64,000 bases of DNA, from contig JYNZ01000003.1 in the NCBI GenBank assembly GCA_001567355.1, positions 6,655 to 70,654 of the forward strand, read 5' to 3'. Each line of letters starts with the position of its first letter. Position 1 is the stretch's first letter. The position numbers were made by a program, and so were the translations under genes. Origin of the DNA: a candidate division WS6 bacterium OLB20 (GTDB lineage Bacteria; Patescibacteriota; Dojkabacteria; B142; OLB20). The notes under the pieces are model-generated. The model had not been told where the DNA came from and made no database searches. It worked only from the letters and a program-made list of their open reading frames with translations. Positions 8,702 to 18,894 of this stretch are shown here, in pieces.

Positions 8702-11700
8702 TCAGTCAATCCGGAGAGTCAGATTATCACGTTTTGTATCAGGTGTTGAACGCATTCTTCCGGGAAACGGTGCCAGCATCCAGTCCTGCATTGTTTTGAG
8801 GGTTCGCGGATACCCGCCCTTGGCAACCTTGTCGGTTGCAATTCCCAGAAGTTCGGCCAGAATAATTGCTTTGTCGCTATCGGCTGTTTCTCCACTACCT
8901 GTCTGTGTAACAAGTTGGCCTACAGCATCAGCCTCGACCAGTCTGCAAATATTTTTTTTGTACGTCCTGTGGTCAGAATGTCCTCCCATACCAAGGATAT
9001 CTCTGAAAACGATGCGCTCCTCACATGGTCTGTATGTCCTTGTTTCCGTATCAAGACAAAGAGTGCCGGGAACCCGTTCCACACGTGCTCCGGAATCCTC
9101 GTCGTAACTCATGATATAGCCGATACCATAGGTTGGCGGGTTGTGAGCAGGGACTCCTGCAAATGTGGCGCCTTTCATTACCAGCGGACCTACCACAACA
9201 CCGGTTGATCCGTCATCAGCAGTAACGTCTGTCGCCAGTTTTATTGATCCACGGACATCCTTTGTCATCCTGAGACGGTCCCAGATACTGATCAGAGGAA
9301 CAGTGGGCGAGTTGACCTTGAGCGTTCCCTGGATGAAATTGTTACTCAGTTCAAACAGAGTACCGTCGCTGACCAGTCTGTCGGCATCCTCTGTCTCATC
9401 AAGTGCAAGTATGACAGCAATGGTAAGCATCTTGTCACGCCTGCTCATGATGGAGTAAAAGTCTGCGCTCGGGAGCAGATCATTTGCGGCAAGACGGGAC
9501 TGTCCTCTGGCTGTATCCAGGGCAGTGCGGGTCTGTGCCTCCTTGGTGTACAACTCTTCAATCCTTGTCTGCATCCGGGTTGTCTGTTCTGCAGAGAATG
9601 CGGACAGCATACCGGGCTGCTTAAATGAGAACATGTTGAGGACTTCTGTTACAAAGAATCTGCATTCAACAATCTGTGCCGGCCGGCTGGCAGCCTGTTG
9701 TGCAAACGCGTAAGCCTCAGCCGGAACAGTACCTGTCTCTGAACCATCTGCACAATTAAAAATCAGAACCTGCTCACCCCGTCTGACTGCATATGACCTA
9801 GCATCGCGACTGTGGATCCAGACGTTGTTTTCACGATTATGGTACTGGCCGTAAGCCTGAATAAGATCCTCACTCCCAAGCTGTAATCCGCGCGAAAGCA
9901 TCAGCGCTGTAAACTGACGCATCAGCGGATCTTCATCTTCAATGTATTCCACCTGCTGCTGCAGATTGAGTCTCTTGCGGGCAGCGACCCTGCCAAACCA
10001 GGGCTCATCATCTTCTGCACCAATTATTATGCGCCGCACATAGGTTCCTTCGGAACCGATAAAGTCTTTATAGCTGATACTGATATCAATACTGCCGTCA
10101 GCAAAAATCCTGAAGTCCGTTATGCCTGCACCGGTAAATTCAGGTCTCTGCACTTCAGGCTGCTGCAGTGATCTGAATACTCCTTCCAGCTGTGTCTTAA
10201 ACTGCTCCCGTTCGATCTGTACGGCAAATTTTGTCATCAGCATGTCTGCCGTACGGTCAAGGTTTCTGGCGGTATGTTCCCGCCTTGCCGCCCGCTCGAG
10301 CTGAAACAGGGTCGTCTGCAGTGAAGCTATCTGCAGCTGCTTGCGGATTCCATCCCCCGGAGCCACAACCGTCTCACCGTCAACATCCTCAAATGCTGTT
10401 TCACCATTAAGATACCGGTACATAAGTTCCATCCGGACCCCTTCGAGAGATGACTGAGGAAGCCTGCGGATACCGTCCGGGGTTACCTCGCAGTATACTT
10501 CGCGCATTCTCACACCGGCAGGATCTCCAGGGTCAGGCTCTGTAATCCTGCGGACAACAGTCTCACTCGTGACCTGTCCATCACTGTTTAGTTCGCTCCA
10601 TACTGTGTCTCCCGCCAGCAGCCAGGGCATACCTTGTGATTCGCCCGCAACAACCGTACTGTGAATAATACTGTCGGCACCGATCTGCTGACTGTTTTCT
10701 GTAAGCAGTTTTGCGGCATTAATGTATGTCATCACCGGTGACGGAAGTCTGCTGCCATCAGCAGCGGTGACAGTCAGCACTCCATTTTGAGACCTGACAA
10801 GCAGCGCTGGAACTGTAGCATTTACTGAATCGATACTGACGCCGAAGCTGTTGATTGCAGTTGCAAAATCCATCACAGAACTGCGCTGCTCCACTGCAGA
10901 CAGAAACAATCCGTCTCCATTCTGTTGCGGGAGTTCCCGTTTAATGGGATAGTCAGCTGCCAGCGCGGTCATCATCTGCCTGTAGCGGTCTTCTAGCAGC
11001 ATTCTGTCCTGCTCACTCAGCGGATGTGTCATACGTGCTGCGTCGGTGAGCGCCTGGCCGAGAAGATGAATGCCGTAGCGCGTCTGTCCTTTTTCCATCG
11101 TGATGTTATAGGTGCGGAGGAATGCAAGCAGATCCGTCTGTGTCATACCGGACTGACGTCCGACTGTATGAATCCTGCATGCCTGCTCTACACCTGCAAA
11201 TTCCGCCTCGCTGATTGCGTAAAAGCCGTCTCGGTCAGAACCGAATGACTCACGGGTCATAATACCGCTGGATGCAATCACAAGGAGTGCAGAGCGGTCA
11301 GTCGTATGCAGCATTACCTCACGACGGTCCTGAGACTCAATCTCAGCATGTGCGTCAAAATCCATCAGAACATCCGGGTAGACAGCAAGCTGGTTGCCGG
11401 GGAACAGTATCTCCGATCCTGCTTTTTCAGGAAGTCTGCTGACATACAGGGTCCGCTGGTCAGGATATACAATTGCGCCCAGATAGGGCATGCTAACCAG
11501 ATCCGGTCTCGCAGGATCCCCTGCAAGCAGCAGGAGAAGATTTCTGATCTCCTGGGGCTGCGGATTATCAATCAGCTGGAGCCCTTCTGTCCGCGCACGC
11601 GCAAGCAGTGTCTCGTCCCACATAAGCTGTCTGCCAGGCATCGTAATTGTTACTCCGTACTCGTGCACACCGGTATTCCCCCCCGTCTCAGTGAGGCGTG

Positions 11701-12880
11701 GTACAAGTCTGCTGCCTGAAAAAGCAATAGTTTCGCCCCCCTGGGCAAGCGCCGGAACATCATGCAGCGGAACATGCTCGAAACGTTCTTTAACTGCCTG
11801 AACCATCCGCTCAAACTGCTCCTGATCTTCAACATCACCAAATACCGTACGCACCATCTCTTCGGCAAATGCTCTGCGGCCGAGCATCTGTTCGCGCATC
11901 CTGAACCGCTCGTGCATCTCATCAGTCTCTTCCGCTGTCAGTGGTACACTGACCTGGTTCAACCCGCGCTCTGCAAACTGCTCATCAAACAGCGCCTCTC
12001 TGTTGCCATGCTCATCAAACAGCACGGTAATATAACCCCCGGGCTGTTCTGCCTCGCCGCTGACCCAGGCTCGCCGTCCCCGATAGGTTGCACCCTCAGG
12101 GTCAATGAAACCCTGACCGAGCGTGACCGAGATCCTGTTTGTTATTGAGCTGCGTGGGTGCAGGTCGAGAATTTCGTACAGACCCTGCTGCTCATGTACC
12201 TGAGTCCTGCGAAAGGCAAGATCGAAGATGGAATGTTCACCGTCAGACTTGATAAACACAAGCTGACCGGGTGTCTCAGCGCTGAAATGATCTCTGTTGC
12301 TGGTCACCGTTGCCGCGAGGATAGATTCTCCTTCACCGAACCCGAGCCTGCCTGCCAGATACTTTGATACAAATACCAGATCATGACCGGCCGTATTGCC
12401 GATCAGGGTATCAATATCAAGCCGGGTAAGAAGACTGAAGAATTCCTCATCGGGATGCTGTTCGTGTTTCCGCTGCAGACGCTCATAATGGGCATTAAGC
12501 ATATCTGCAACCCGGCCATCATCTACTGCAGGAAACAAGGCTGGCGTAGGTTCACTGACGGTCTGCCACCTGAAGTCTGTGAATGCAGTATTTTCAGGCA
12601 GATCAAGACCGTATTCTGCCTGCAGATCACCTGGCTCCACTTCATTAAACAGCTGCACTTCGCCGTGTGCTGAGGGTCCAAGCCCCGTAAGCAGCATTCC
12701 ATCTTCTGCAGTAAACGAAGCACGATAGTACTTGTATCCGTTGGCTGTATTGATCTGCAGCTGAAGCGTTCTGCCGACCAGCAGACCCTGTGTTACTTCA
12801 ACGGGCAGGCTTAGTTTCTCAGCAGTACTGATAGGAAATCGCTCTTCGTCAGGTTGTCGCAGCGTCTCGTTAAGGACCAC
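8702..12880 (-). CDS. Giant cytoplasmic hypothetical protein (1392 aa)
   Basis: Uninterrupted ORF with no signal peptide, no P-loop and no HExxH. The C-terminal about 150 aa are Cys/His-rich (LCLDTETRTYRPCEE...GMGGHSDH...CRLVEAD). Confidence 0.7.
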   Translation of the reverse strand: MVLNETLRQPDEERFPISTAEKLSLPVEVTQGLLVGRTLQLQINTANGYKYYRASFTAEDGMLLTGLGPSAHGEVQLFNEVEPGDLQAEYGLDLPENTAFTDFRWQTVSEPTPALFPAVDDGRVADMLNAHYERLQRKHEQHPDEEFFSLLTRLDIDTLIGNTAGHDLVFVSKYLAGRLGFGEGESILAATVTSNRDHFSAETPGQLVFIKSDGEHSIFDLAFRRTQVHEQQGLYEILDLHPRSSITNRISVTLGQGFIDPEGATYRGRRAWVSGEAEQPGGYITVLFDEHGNREALFDEQFAERGLNQVSVPLTAEETDEMHERFRMREQMLGRRAFAEEMVRTVFGDVEDQEQFERMVQAVKERFEHVPLHDVPALAQGGETIAFSGSRLVPRLTETGGNTGVHEYGVTITMPGRQLMWDETLLARARTEGLQLIDNPQPQEIRNLLLLLAGDPARPDLVSMPYLGAIVYPDQRTLYVSRLPEKAGSEILFPGNQLAVYPDVLMDFDAHAEIESQDRREVMLHTTDRSALLVIASSGIMTRESFGSDRDGFYAISEAEFAGVEQACRIHTVGRQSGMTQTDLLAFLRTYNITMEKGQTRYGIHLLGQALTDAARMTHPLSEQDRMLLEDRYRQMMTALAADYPIKRELPQQNGDGLFLSAVEQRSSVMDFATAINSFGVSIDSVNATVPALLVRSQNGVLTVTAADGSRLPSPVMTYINAAKLLTENSQQIGADSIIHSTVVAGESQGMPWLLAGDTVWSELNSDGQVTSETVVRRITEPDPGDPAGVRMREVYCEVTPDGIRRLPQSSLEGVRMELMYRYLNGETAFEDVDGETVVAPGDGIRKQLQIASLQTTLFQLERAARREHTARNLDRTADMLMTKFAVQIEREQFKTQLEGVFRSLQQPEVQRPEFTGAGITDFRIFADGSIDISISYKDFIGSEGTYVRRIIIGAEDDEPWFGRVAARKRLNLQQQVEYIEDEDPLMRQFTALMLSRGLQLGSEDLIQAYGQYHNRENNVWIHSRDARSYAVRRGEQVLIFNCADGSETGTVPAEAYAFAQQAASRPAQIVECRFFVTEVLNMFSFKQPGMLSAFSAEQTTRMQTRIEELYTKEAQTRTALDTARGQSRLAANDLLPSADFYSIMSRRDKMLTIAVILALDETEDADRLVSDGTLFELSNNFIQGTLKVNSPTVPLISIWDRLRMTKDVRGSIKLATDVTADDGSTGVVVGPLVMKGATFAGVPAHNPPTYGIGYIMSYDEDSGARVERVPGTLCLDTETRTYRPCEERIVFRDILGMGGHSDHRTYKKNICRLVEADAVGQLVTQTGSGETADSDKAIILAELLGIATDKVAKGGYPRTLKTMQDWMLAPFPGRMRSTPDTKRDNLTLRID

Positions 12881-12939
12881 CGGATTACAACTATAGAGTG
12901 ATTATATCACCTTAACAGCGTATTCAGAAACCTTGCAGT

Positions 12940-12972
12940 AAAACAAAACCCGCCTTGCGGCGGGTTTTCTAG
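12940..12972 (-). terminator. Rho-independent terminator after the Gmad2-domain gene
   Basis: Hairpin aaacccgcc-ttgc-ggcgggttt followed by a T-run on the minus strand. Confidence 0.6.
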
Positions 12973-12981
12973 AGGCTGTTC

Positions 12982-14232
12982 TCAGCGGAACCTCACAGGT
13001 ATCTCAAAGCTGTCTGCGTGCTCAGGCAGACCCGAAGCATTTGCTTTTTCGAAAACAAGCAGTGCTGTCTGACCGGATCCGGGTCCTGCACCGACACTGA
13101 CACTGAACGGAACAAATGAAGTCGTGTAGGAATCACCAATTGCCGGAACAGGTGTTGTATACACAACTGTACCGTTTAGGCGTTGTACAGAAAACGGAAA
13201 GCTTGCCTCAAAAAACCAGGGACCGCGAGCCGAGCCGCTGACAGCAAAGCCAGACGGAATCTCCTGGTAGGGCAGGACATTAGTAATACGAATATCTTCA
13301 GGTGCAAAACGAACCGGTATGCTGACCGACTCGTCATTTTCGGGCAGACCCGACGGGTTGTTTTTCTCCAGAACGATTACGCCTTCTGTACGTGCATTGG
13401 CTACAAAGTAAACATCTGCAGTAAACGGAAGCATCCCTCCATCAGTCCAGCTGCCTGCAGCTTCAGGAACCGTGGCGAAGCCAAGACCGATCTGGGTCCC
13501 GCCGACACGGTCATAAACCTTAACCGGAAACTCTCCCTCAAAAAACCAGCCTTCAGCCTGACCGCGGACTGTATACGGCGAGCGGATTGACTGACCGGTC
13601 GTAAGATTACTGATCGATATAGTTTCAGTGCCTGGTGTTTCAGATGTTTCGCCGGAAAATCTGACCGGCACTTCATAGCGTTCATCCATTTCCGGCAGGC
13701 CGGAGGGGTTATCTTTTATGAAGATGATCACACCTTCGACTGCGTCCCCGGGGTCAAAGCTGAGTGTTACTTCAAACGGGACAAATCCTGCAGTCATCCA
13801 GTCTGCGCCTCCTGCTGTCATGGCGGGCTCTTCTGCAATCACAGATCCGTCCGATGTCTCAACTCTGACAGGAAAGCTGCCTTCAAAAAACCATCCGCGA
13901 ACCTCACCGGTTACTGTAAGCGGTGAACTGACTTCTTCATCCTCCATAACAGAAACGTTTCTGATGTTGCCGGCATCCTCTCCATCCAGGCCATCGCTGC
14001 CACCATCTGCAGGAACATCAGTACCGCTGTCAGGTGTTCCTGATGAATCAGAACGCTGTGCATTGTTGGCGACAACCGCGGCAAGCGCCACAAGAATAAG
14101 AACAACAATCAGAAACAGTGCAACTGCAACTGCTATCAGAAACTTTCTGCCCGGTCCGTTTGAAGTTGTCTCTGCAGAGACAGGTGTAGGAGACAGCTCA
14201 GGTGCCTGCTGCTGCATAGTCTGCTCGTCCAT
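12982..14232 (-). CDS. Membrane-anchored protein with three Gmad2/GerMN-type immunoglobulin-like repeats
   Basis: A GWFFEG(S/E)FPV...NPSGLPE(M/N)DE...(V/I)PVRF unit occurs three times; N-terminal TM anchor. Confidence 0.65.
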   Translation of the reverse strand: MDEQTMQQQAPELSPTPVSAETTSNGPGRKFLIAVAVALFLIVVLILVALAAVVANNAQRSDSSGTPDSGTDVPADGGSDGLDGEDAGNIRNVSVMEDEEVSSPLTVTGEVRGWFFEGSFPVRVETSDGSVIAEEPAMTAGGADWMTAGFVPFEVTLSFDPGDAVEGVIIFIKDNPSGLPEMDERYEVPVRFSGETSETPGTETISISNLTTGQSIRSPYTVRGQAEGWFFEGEFPVKVYDRVGGTQIGLGFATVPEAAGSWTDGGMLPFTADVYFVANARTEGVIVLEKNNPSGLPENDESVSIPVRFAPEDIRITNVLPYQEIPSGFAVSGSARGPWFFEASFPFSVQRLNGTVVYTTPVPAIGDSYTTSFVPFSVSVGAGPGSGQTALLVFEKANASGLPEHADSFEIPVRFR

Positions 14233-14339
14233 GATTGAAAAAATTAACAGGTAGAACTCTCAATCACATTGTGGCAGAGATGATTGATATTTGCAAAGAG
14301 CGTATTGAGTGAGCCTTGCCTGTGGTATGATAAGATCAT

Positions 14340-14900
14340 ATGCTGAAAAACGGTCATGTACACGCAACTACTCCGATAGAGGCGCTGGGCAAGTCAGTAG
14401 AAGACTTCTGGACATGGGCGTACGGTGATCTGTTTGAAAACCGCAACAGATCGGTCTTCGCTGAGTACATAGTTGCATCCGAGCTTGGAGTAGCAGAGCT
14501 CAGGCGGTTAGAGTGGAATGCTTACGACCTCGAGTACAAACAGCATTGTATCGAGGTTTAATCCACTGCATACATCCAGAACTGGAAACAAACCACTCCG
14601 TCCAAACTGAGCTTTGATATCGCACCGAAACGGTCATGGCTGCTCAAAGCAAACCGCTACAGTGAGGATCTTACACGCCTTGCCGATATCTATGTTTTTT
14701 CAGTGTTTACAGGCCAGGACCGGCATCTGGATCGTGTGGTAGACCTTGATCTGTGGGAGTTCTATATTTTGAGCAGAAAACGCATCGATACAGAGCTTGG
14801 CGCGCGAAAAAAGCTCTCAATCGGACCGCTGCAGCAGATGACGCATATGGTACGCCATGACAGGATAAAAAGCAGTATTGACCGTATGATTCATACCTGA
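14340..14900 (+). pseudogene. PD-(D/E)xK nuclease-like protein interrupted by an in-frame TAA at 14559-14561
   Basis: ORFs 14340-14561 and 14703-14900 are in the same frame. Translating through the stop gives a continuous plausible protein with a D-x-E-Y-K motif (AYDLEYKQHCIEV*STAY). Confidence 0.5.
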
Positions 14901-15802
14901 GACAGTTTCTGCAGCATCAGCAGCATTCGGGTATTCCACAGCCCCCCGGAATCCGGATATCCAAATGGTATGCCGTGCATCAGCAAATGAGATTGAAGGG
15001 CTTCTGACAGTTCAAGTTCGTACAGCTGAGACATGTCTCTGTTAAGACAACCAATTACTGCAGCATGACGTGCCTGCCATTCCAGCCGTGTTTCACCAAA
15101 CGGTCTCATCCGTCGTAAATCGTCATTATCAGTCACGATAATACCTCCAGGTCGCAGAGAGCGCAGCATTCCAGTCTGTGTTGACTGAAAACTCATTGCA
15201 AACTGCGCTGCTCTGCTGATGACAAGGTCAAATTCATGTTCTGTCCCGTATGCGGTAAAGAAATCCTGCACAGGCATCTGGAAGCGTTCCAGTGACAGGG
15301 TCATCAGATCCTCATCCGGACGTACCATATGTGCGCGCAGCTTCTGTACAGGTGTCGCTCCTGACAGTGATTCCTCCCATTTTGCAGCGACACAGTTCAA
15401 CTGATCCATCTCCGCATGTATCAGTGATCCTCTTCCAAGTGGTGATATCTCCAGTGCGGACTCGTTCATGTAGTTTCCAGCCGCTTCACGACGGTAGCTG
15501 GCAAAATACTCAGCTATCAGTTTCTCACGACCCGGGATATCGATCTCTGCACCGGGCAGATCTGAAAATCTTCCGGAATCAACTGTAACAATGCGTACGA
15601 AAGGCGCGTATGGGATTGTAAGCAGTATGTCTTTAATACTGCTTCCCATGCAAGGAGCGAGTACCGTCAGCGAATCAGACGAGAGCATCTGACTGGAGAG
15701 GTGCTCACGAATCAGCTCATATAGCGTGATCCTGCTGTTGCTGAGCATTTTCTCGGGTTGCCAGTCCGTGTTGACCGGCAGCAGTTCTTCAGTTTCGATC
15801 AT
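14891..15802 (-). CDS. Putative class I SAM-dependent methyltransferase
   Basis: VLAPCMGSS (motif I-like) and LRPGGIIV motifs. No DPPY/NPPY or PCQ DNA-methyltransferase motifs. Confidence 0.4.
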   Translation of the reverse strand: MIETEELLPVNTDWQPEKMLSNSRITLYELIREHLSSQMLSSDSLTVLAPCMGSSIKDILLTIPYAPFVRIVTVDSGRFSDLPGAEIDIPGREKLIAEYFASYRREAAGNYMNESALEISPLGRGSLIHAEMDQLNCVAAKWEESLSGATPVQKLRAHMVRPDEDLMTLSLERFQMPVQDFFTAYGTEHEFDLVISRAAQFAMSFQSTQTGMLRSLRPGGIIVTDNDDLRRMRPFGETRLEWQARHAAVIGCLNRDMSQLYELELSEALQSHLLMHGIPFGYPDSGGLWNTRMLLMLQKLSQV

Positions 15803-15967
15803 GTCCGTCGATATATCTGGTATATTTTACCATGCGCCACTTCGTCATCAAAAAGCAGGGCGGTGTCATTCTCGGACATATCATTATTGGTTACGTAACA
15901 CCTGCGTAACAGACATTTGTCCACATACGTCTTCTTGCAGTATCTGTCACAGAGGGTACAATAGATC

Positions 15968-16189
15968 ATGCGAAACCTTATTCATGCCGCAATGGCACTG
16001 TTGCTGCTTGCATTTGCAGTAGCAATGTTTATGCGTGTTCCAGAAGCCTGTATGCAGCAACTGCAGCAGTTCCGGCTTGAGGGATGCACGTTTGAAGATG
16101 CCGGCATCCCAGTCATTGCAGCTGCGATCGACCTGGTACTGTGGCTTGTTCTGATTGCCAGTCTGGTAAACCGCCGTGCACGGGCCTGA
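15968..16189 (+). CDS. Small two-TM membrane protein
   Basis: 73-aa ORF with two hydrophobic helices, directly upstream of the serine hydrolase gene. Confidence 0.3.
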   Translation: MRNLIHAAMALLLLAFAVAMFMRVPEACMQQLQQFRLEGCTFEDAGIPVIAAAIDLVLWLVLIASLVNRRARA

Positions 16190-17132
16190 ACAGAAACCAC
16201 AACCTCAACTGGCAGTCACACTGTCTCTGCTGGCAGTGATAGTTATGGCTGCAGCATTTACTTATTCAAGTCAGCCACAAGCCGGAGTAGTGTTCCGTGA
16301 AGGTATCGCACCCGACAGCAGCCCTGTGGCAGATACTCTTATTCCACTCGCCATCAGTCAGACCGAAGCACTTGAACCGGGAAACCCGAGACTCCTGGAA
16401 CTTGAGCAGGCCATTGCCGACTATCAGACGCAGAACCGCGAAAATGTATATCTGTTCATCGAAGATGAAACCAGAAGCTACGGATCGGGTTCAGACAACG
16501 TAACTCGCTCTGCGAGTCTTATCAAAATTACAGTGATGATTGAAGTCTACAGACAGCTGGAGTCAGGCGAACTGACCCCAGAGACCCGTGTCAGCCGGTA
16601 CGGATTCAGTGGCACCGTCTCCCAGGCCCTGACGGCGATGATGCATCGGAGCGACAACAGTGCAACCGGCGCACTGATTCAGTCTGTTGGCGGCACGGAG
16701 TCTGTCAACAATACAATCCGGGAGCTTCTGGGTGAAACAGCTGTCACAACGCTGCATCACACACCAGGGTTTTACTCCGAGCCGGGCGCAAGCAAACCGA
16801 ATGTCACAACCGCCCGTGAGCAGGTTCAGCTGATCCGCCTGCTTGAAGAAGGACTTGTTGTCACACCGGAACGCAGCGCTGAGATGCTGGAGCTTATGGC
16901 GGGTACACGTGATTACTTCGGAGTACGATCCATTGACGGGATTGATTCAATCAGCTTCAAAACCGGTTACTTCCCCGACTTTCTCTTTGGACTAACCGGC
17001 TCTGTTACACAGGATGACGGCGGGACATTCCGGTTCTGCATCATTGTTGAAGACTGGAAGAACGGAGCGGCGAAGTGGTCGGGCATCCGTGAGCTGCTTA
17101 CATTAATGACAGAGTACGCTACAATAGAGTAA
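16176..17132 (+). CDS. Class A beta-lactamase-like serine hydrolase
   Basis: SxxK (RSASLIK), SDN (RSDNSATG) and KTG (FKTGYF) motifs in the canonical order. Confidence 0.75.
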   Translation: MHGPEQKPQPQLAVTLSLLAVIVMAAAFTYSSQPQAGVVFREGIAPDSSPVADTLIPLAISQTEALEPGNPRLLELEQAIADYQTQNRENVYLFIEDETRSYGSGSDNVTRSASLIKITVMIEVYRQLESGELTPETRVSRYGFSGTVSQALTAMMHRSDNSATGALIQSVGGTESVNNTIRELLGETAVTTLHHTPGFYSEPGASKPNVTTAREQVQLIRLLEEGLVVTPERSAEMLELMAGTRDYFGVRSIDGIDSISFKTGYFPDFLFGLTGSVTQDDGGTFRFCIIVEDWKNGAAKWSGIRELLTLMTEYATIE

Positions 17133-17147
17133 TTATTCCAACCAATT

Positions 17148-17573
17148 ATGGCTGCAGAATCACTGAAGGACATGCCGGAGTCTTACTGGCGCGAAAGACT
17201 CACCCCTGAGGAGTACAAGGTGCTGCGTGAACAGGGGACAGAAGCACCATTCACCGGCGTATACTACGACAACCATGAGGATGGTATGTACAGATGCAAA
17301 GCATGCGGACAGAAGCTGTTTTCCTCTGAACACAAGTTTGAGTCAGGTTCAGGCTGGCCGAGCTTTGACCGTCCACTTGCTGAGGGTACTGTGGAGCTGC
17401 GGGAGGATACGAGCCATGGCATGGTCAGAACCGAAGTCATATGCAGTAACTGCGGTTCGCACCTGGGACATCTGTTTCCTGACGGCCCTGCGGAGACGAC
17501 CGGAGAGAGATTCTGCATCAACTCGTGCGCTCTCGCGTTTGACAGTGACATATCGGACACTTTAGAGAAATAA
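17148..17573 (+). CDS. msrB: Peptide methionine sulfoxide reductase B
   Basis: CxxC...CxxC zinc site and GWPSF, with the catalytic Rx[13 protein letters not shown] region. Confidence 0.85.
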   Translation: MAAESLKDMPESYWRERLTPEEYKVLREQGTEAPFTGVYYDNHEDGMYRCKACGQKLFSSEHKFESGSGWPSFDRPLAEGTVELREDTSHGMVRTEVICSNCGSHLGHLFPDGPAETTGERFCINSCALAFDSDISDTLEK

Positions 17574-17772
17574 AGCACTACACAGTAAATTCCTCGGGAT
17601 GTGATATAACCGGTTTTGCGCGCATCTGTTTGACCACAACTTGCTTTTGCCTGTAAAAGCATTTTTATAGCCAATCGGGGACACCTCGTGGTCTGAAGCC
17701 TGAAAAAGACTCCGTTTAAACTGACATTGCAGACCTTCCGATCACATTTGCCGGCGCGTGCGTGAATGTCAT

Positions 17773-18405
17773 CTAATATGTGGCTGCAACCTTTTCATCT
17801 ATGGCATAGAAGTCGCCTCCAAGAGCGCTGTAGGCTGCATGCTCCCGGTACAGAAACCTGACAAGTCCGGCAAGATCCTCAATGTCTGCGATCAGCGGAC
17901 GCAGTTTTGAAAGCGCATCCTGTTCTTTTTTCAAACGTGCGTTCAGAAGGGAGAGATCAATCCCGTCATCCGAAGCGTTTTCGTACCTGAGAGCGACCCC
18001 TGAAGCAGGTGCAAGAGTGTAGACCCACTCAAACAGTGTTCTTGTCCTTGGCATATGAAAGTCAGAGGTAACTACCGTAAGATTTTTTATCCCTAGTGGA
18101 TCTGTAAACAGGAGACGGGTAAACAGAGCATTTCCGATTGTATCGCGTGACAGATTTTCAGTAAGGATCTTTTCTGCAGGGATGGCATGTTCAATCAGAT
18201 AATGCGCCATGGCCACTGCCTCATCAAGGGGACTTCCGTCAACGAGTGGCGGATCCTTGTAGACAGTTCCTCTGCTTGCCGGTATCACCCATTCATATGA
18301 TTCTGTGTTAAACAGTTCTATGGCTCTGTCGGCACGGCGCTGTGTCCATGGAGCCAGACTTCCCTCGGGATTAAGACCTCCGCTTGCTATAACAAGTGCA
18401 TTCAT
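17773..18405 (-). CDS. DUF218 (YdcF/ElyC/SanA) family protein
   Basis: VIASGG...DFHMPRT signature; start trimmed to the internal Met at 18405. Confidence 0.6.
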   Translation of the reverse strand: MNALVIASGGLNPEGSLAPWTQRRADRAIELFNTESYEWVIPASRGTVYKDPPLVDGSPLDEAVAMAHYLIEHAIPAEKILTENLSRDTIGNALFTRLLFTDPLGIKNLTVVTSDFHMPRTRTLFEWVYTLAPASGVALRYENASDDGIDLSLLNARLKKEQDALSKLRPLIADIEDLAGLVRFLYREHAAYSALGGDFYAIDEKVAATY

Positions 18406-18458
18406 CTTTACTGAAGTGTAAGAGCATGATACTGTAAACGTCATACCACAACTGCACC

Positions 18459-18857
18459 ATGAACACAATCGCACTTGCCTGCTGCGCACTGTTTGATTCT
18501 CACGACCGGCTGCTTCTTGTCCATCGCAATACACCCGAGCGTGTTCACTGGGAACTGCCTGGTGGCAAGGTCGATGCAGGCGAATCCCCCGAAGCGGCAG
18601 CTGCGCGCGAACTTGAAGAAGAACTCTCCGTCAGGGTCTCGTCCACTCGACTGCTGACCACAACCGAGTTCGCACAGGACAGTCGTAATTTTGTCTGTCA
18701 CATCTATACTGCAGAATACTCAGGTCTGCCTGCACTGTCAGAGGATCTCTTTGATGCACTCGACTGGTTCAGTCAGTCACAGCTAAATGTGCGAACCGAT
18801 CTCTCGCTAAACGCACAATGCTTTCTGACTCTCTGGAAGCAGGGATTTACCGTCTAA
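18459..18857 (+). CDS. NUDIX hydrolase
   Basis: Nudix box GGKVDAGESPEAAAARELEEEL. Confidence 0.8.
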   Translation: MNTIALACCALFDSHDRLLLVHRNTPERVHWELPGGKVDAGESPEAAAARELEEELSVRVSSTRLLTTTEFAQDSRNFVCHIYTAEYSGLPALSEDLFDALDWFSQSQLNVRTDLSLNAQCFLTLWKQGFTV

Positions 18858-18894
18858 GTTGCGCTGTCCGATCTGTATCTGTATGCTCAGTTGA

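Noticed and set aside
14340-15802. A restriction-modification pair (disrupted nuclease plus convergent methyltransferase)
   Set aside because: The methyltransferase has no N6/N4 (D/N)PPY motif and no C5 PCQ/ENV motif. It looks like a small-molecule or RNA methyltransferase, so the two are probably just neighbours.
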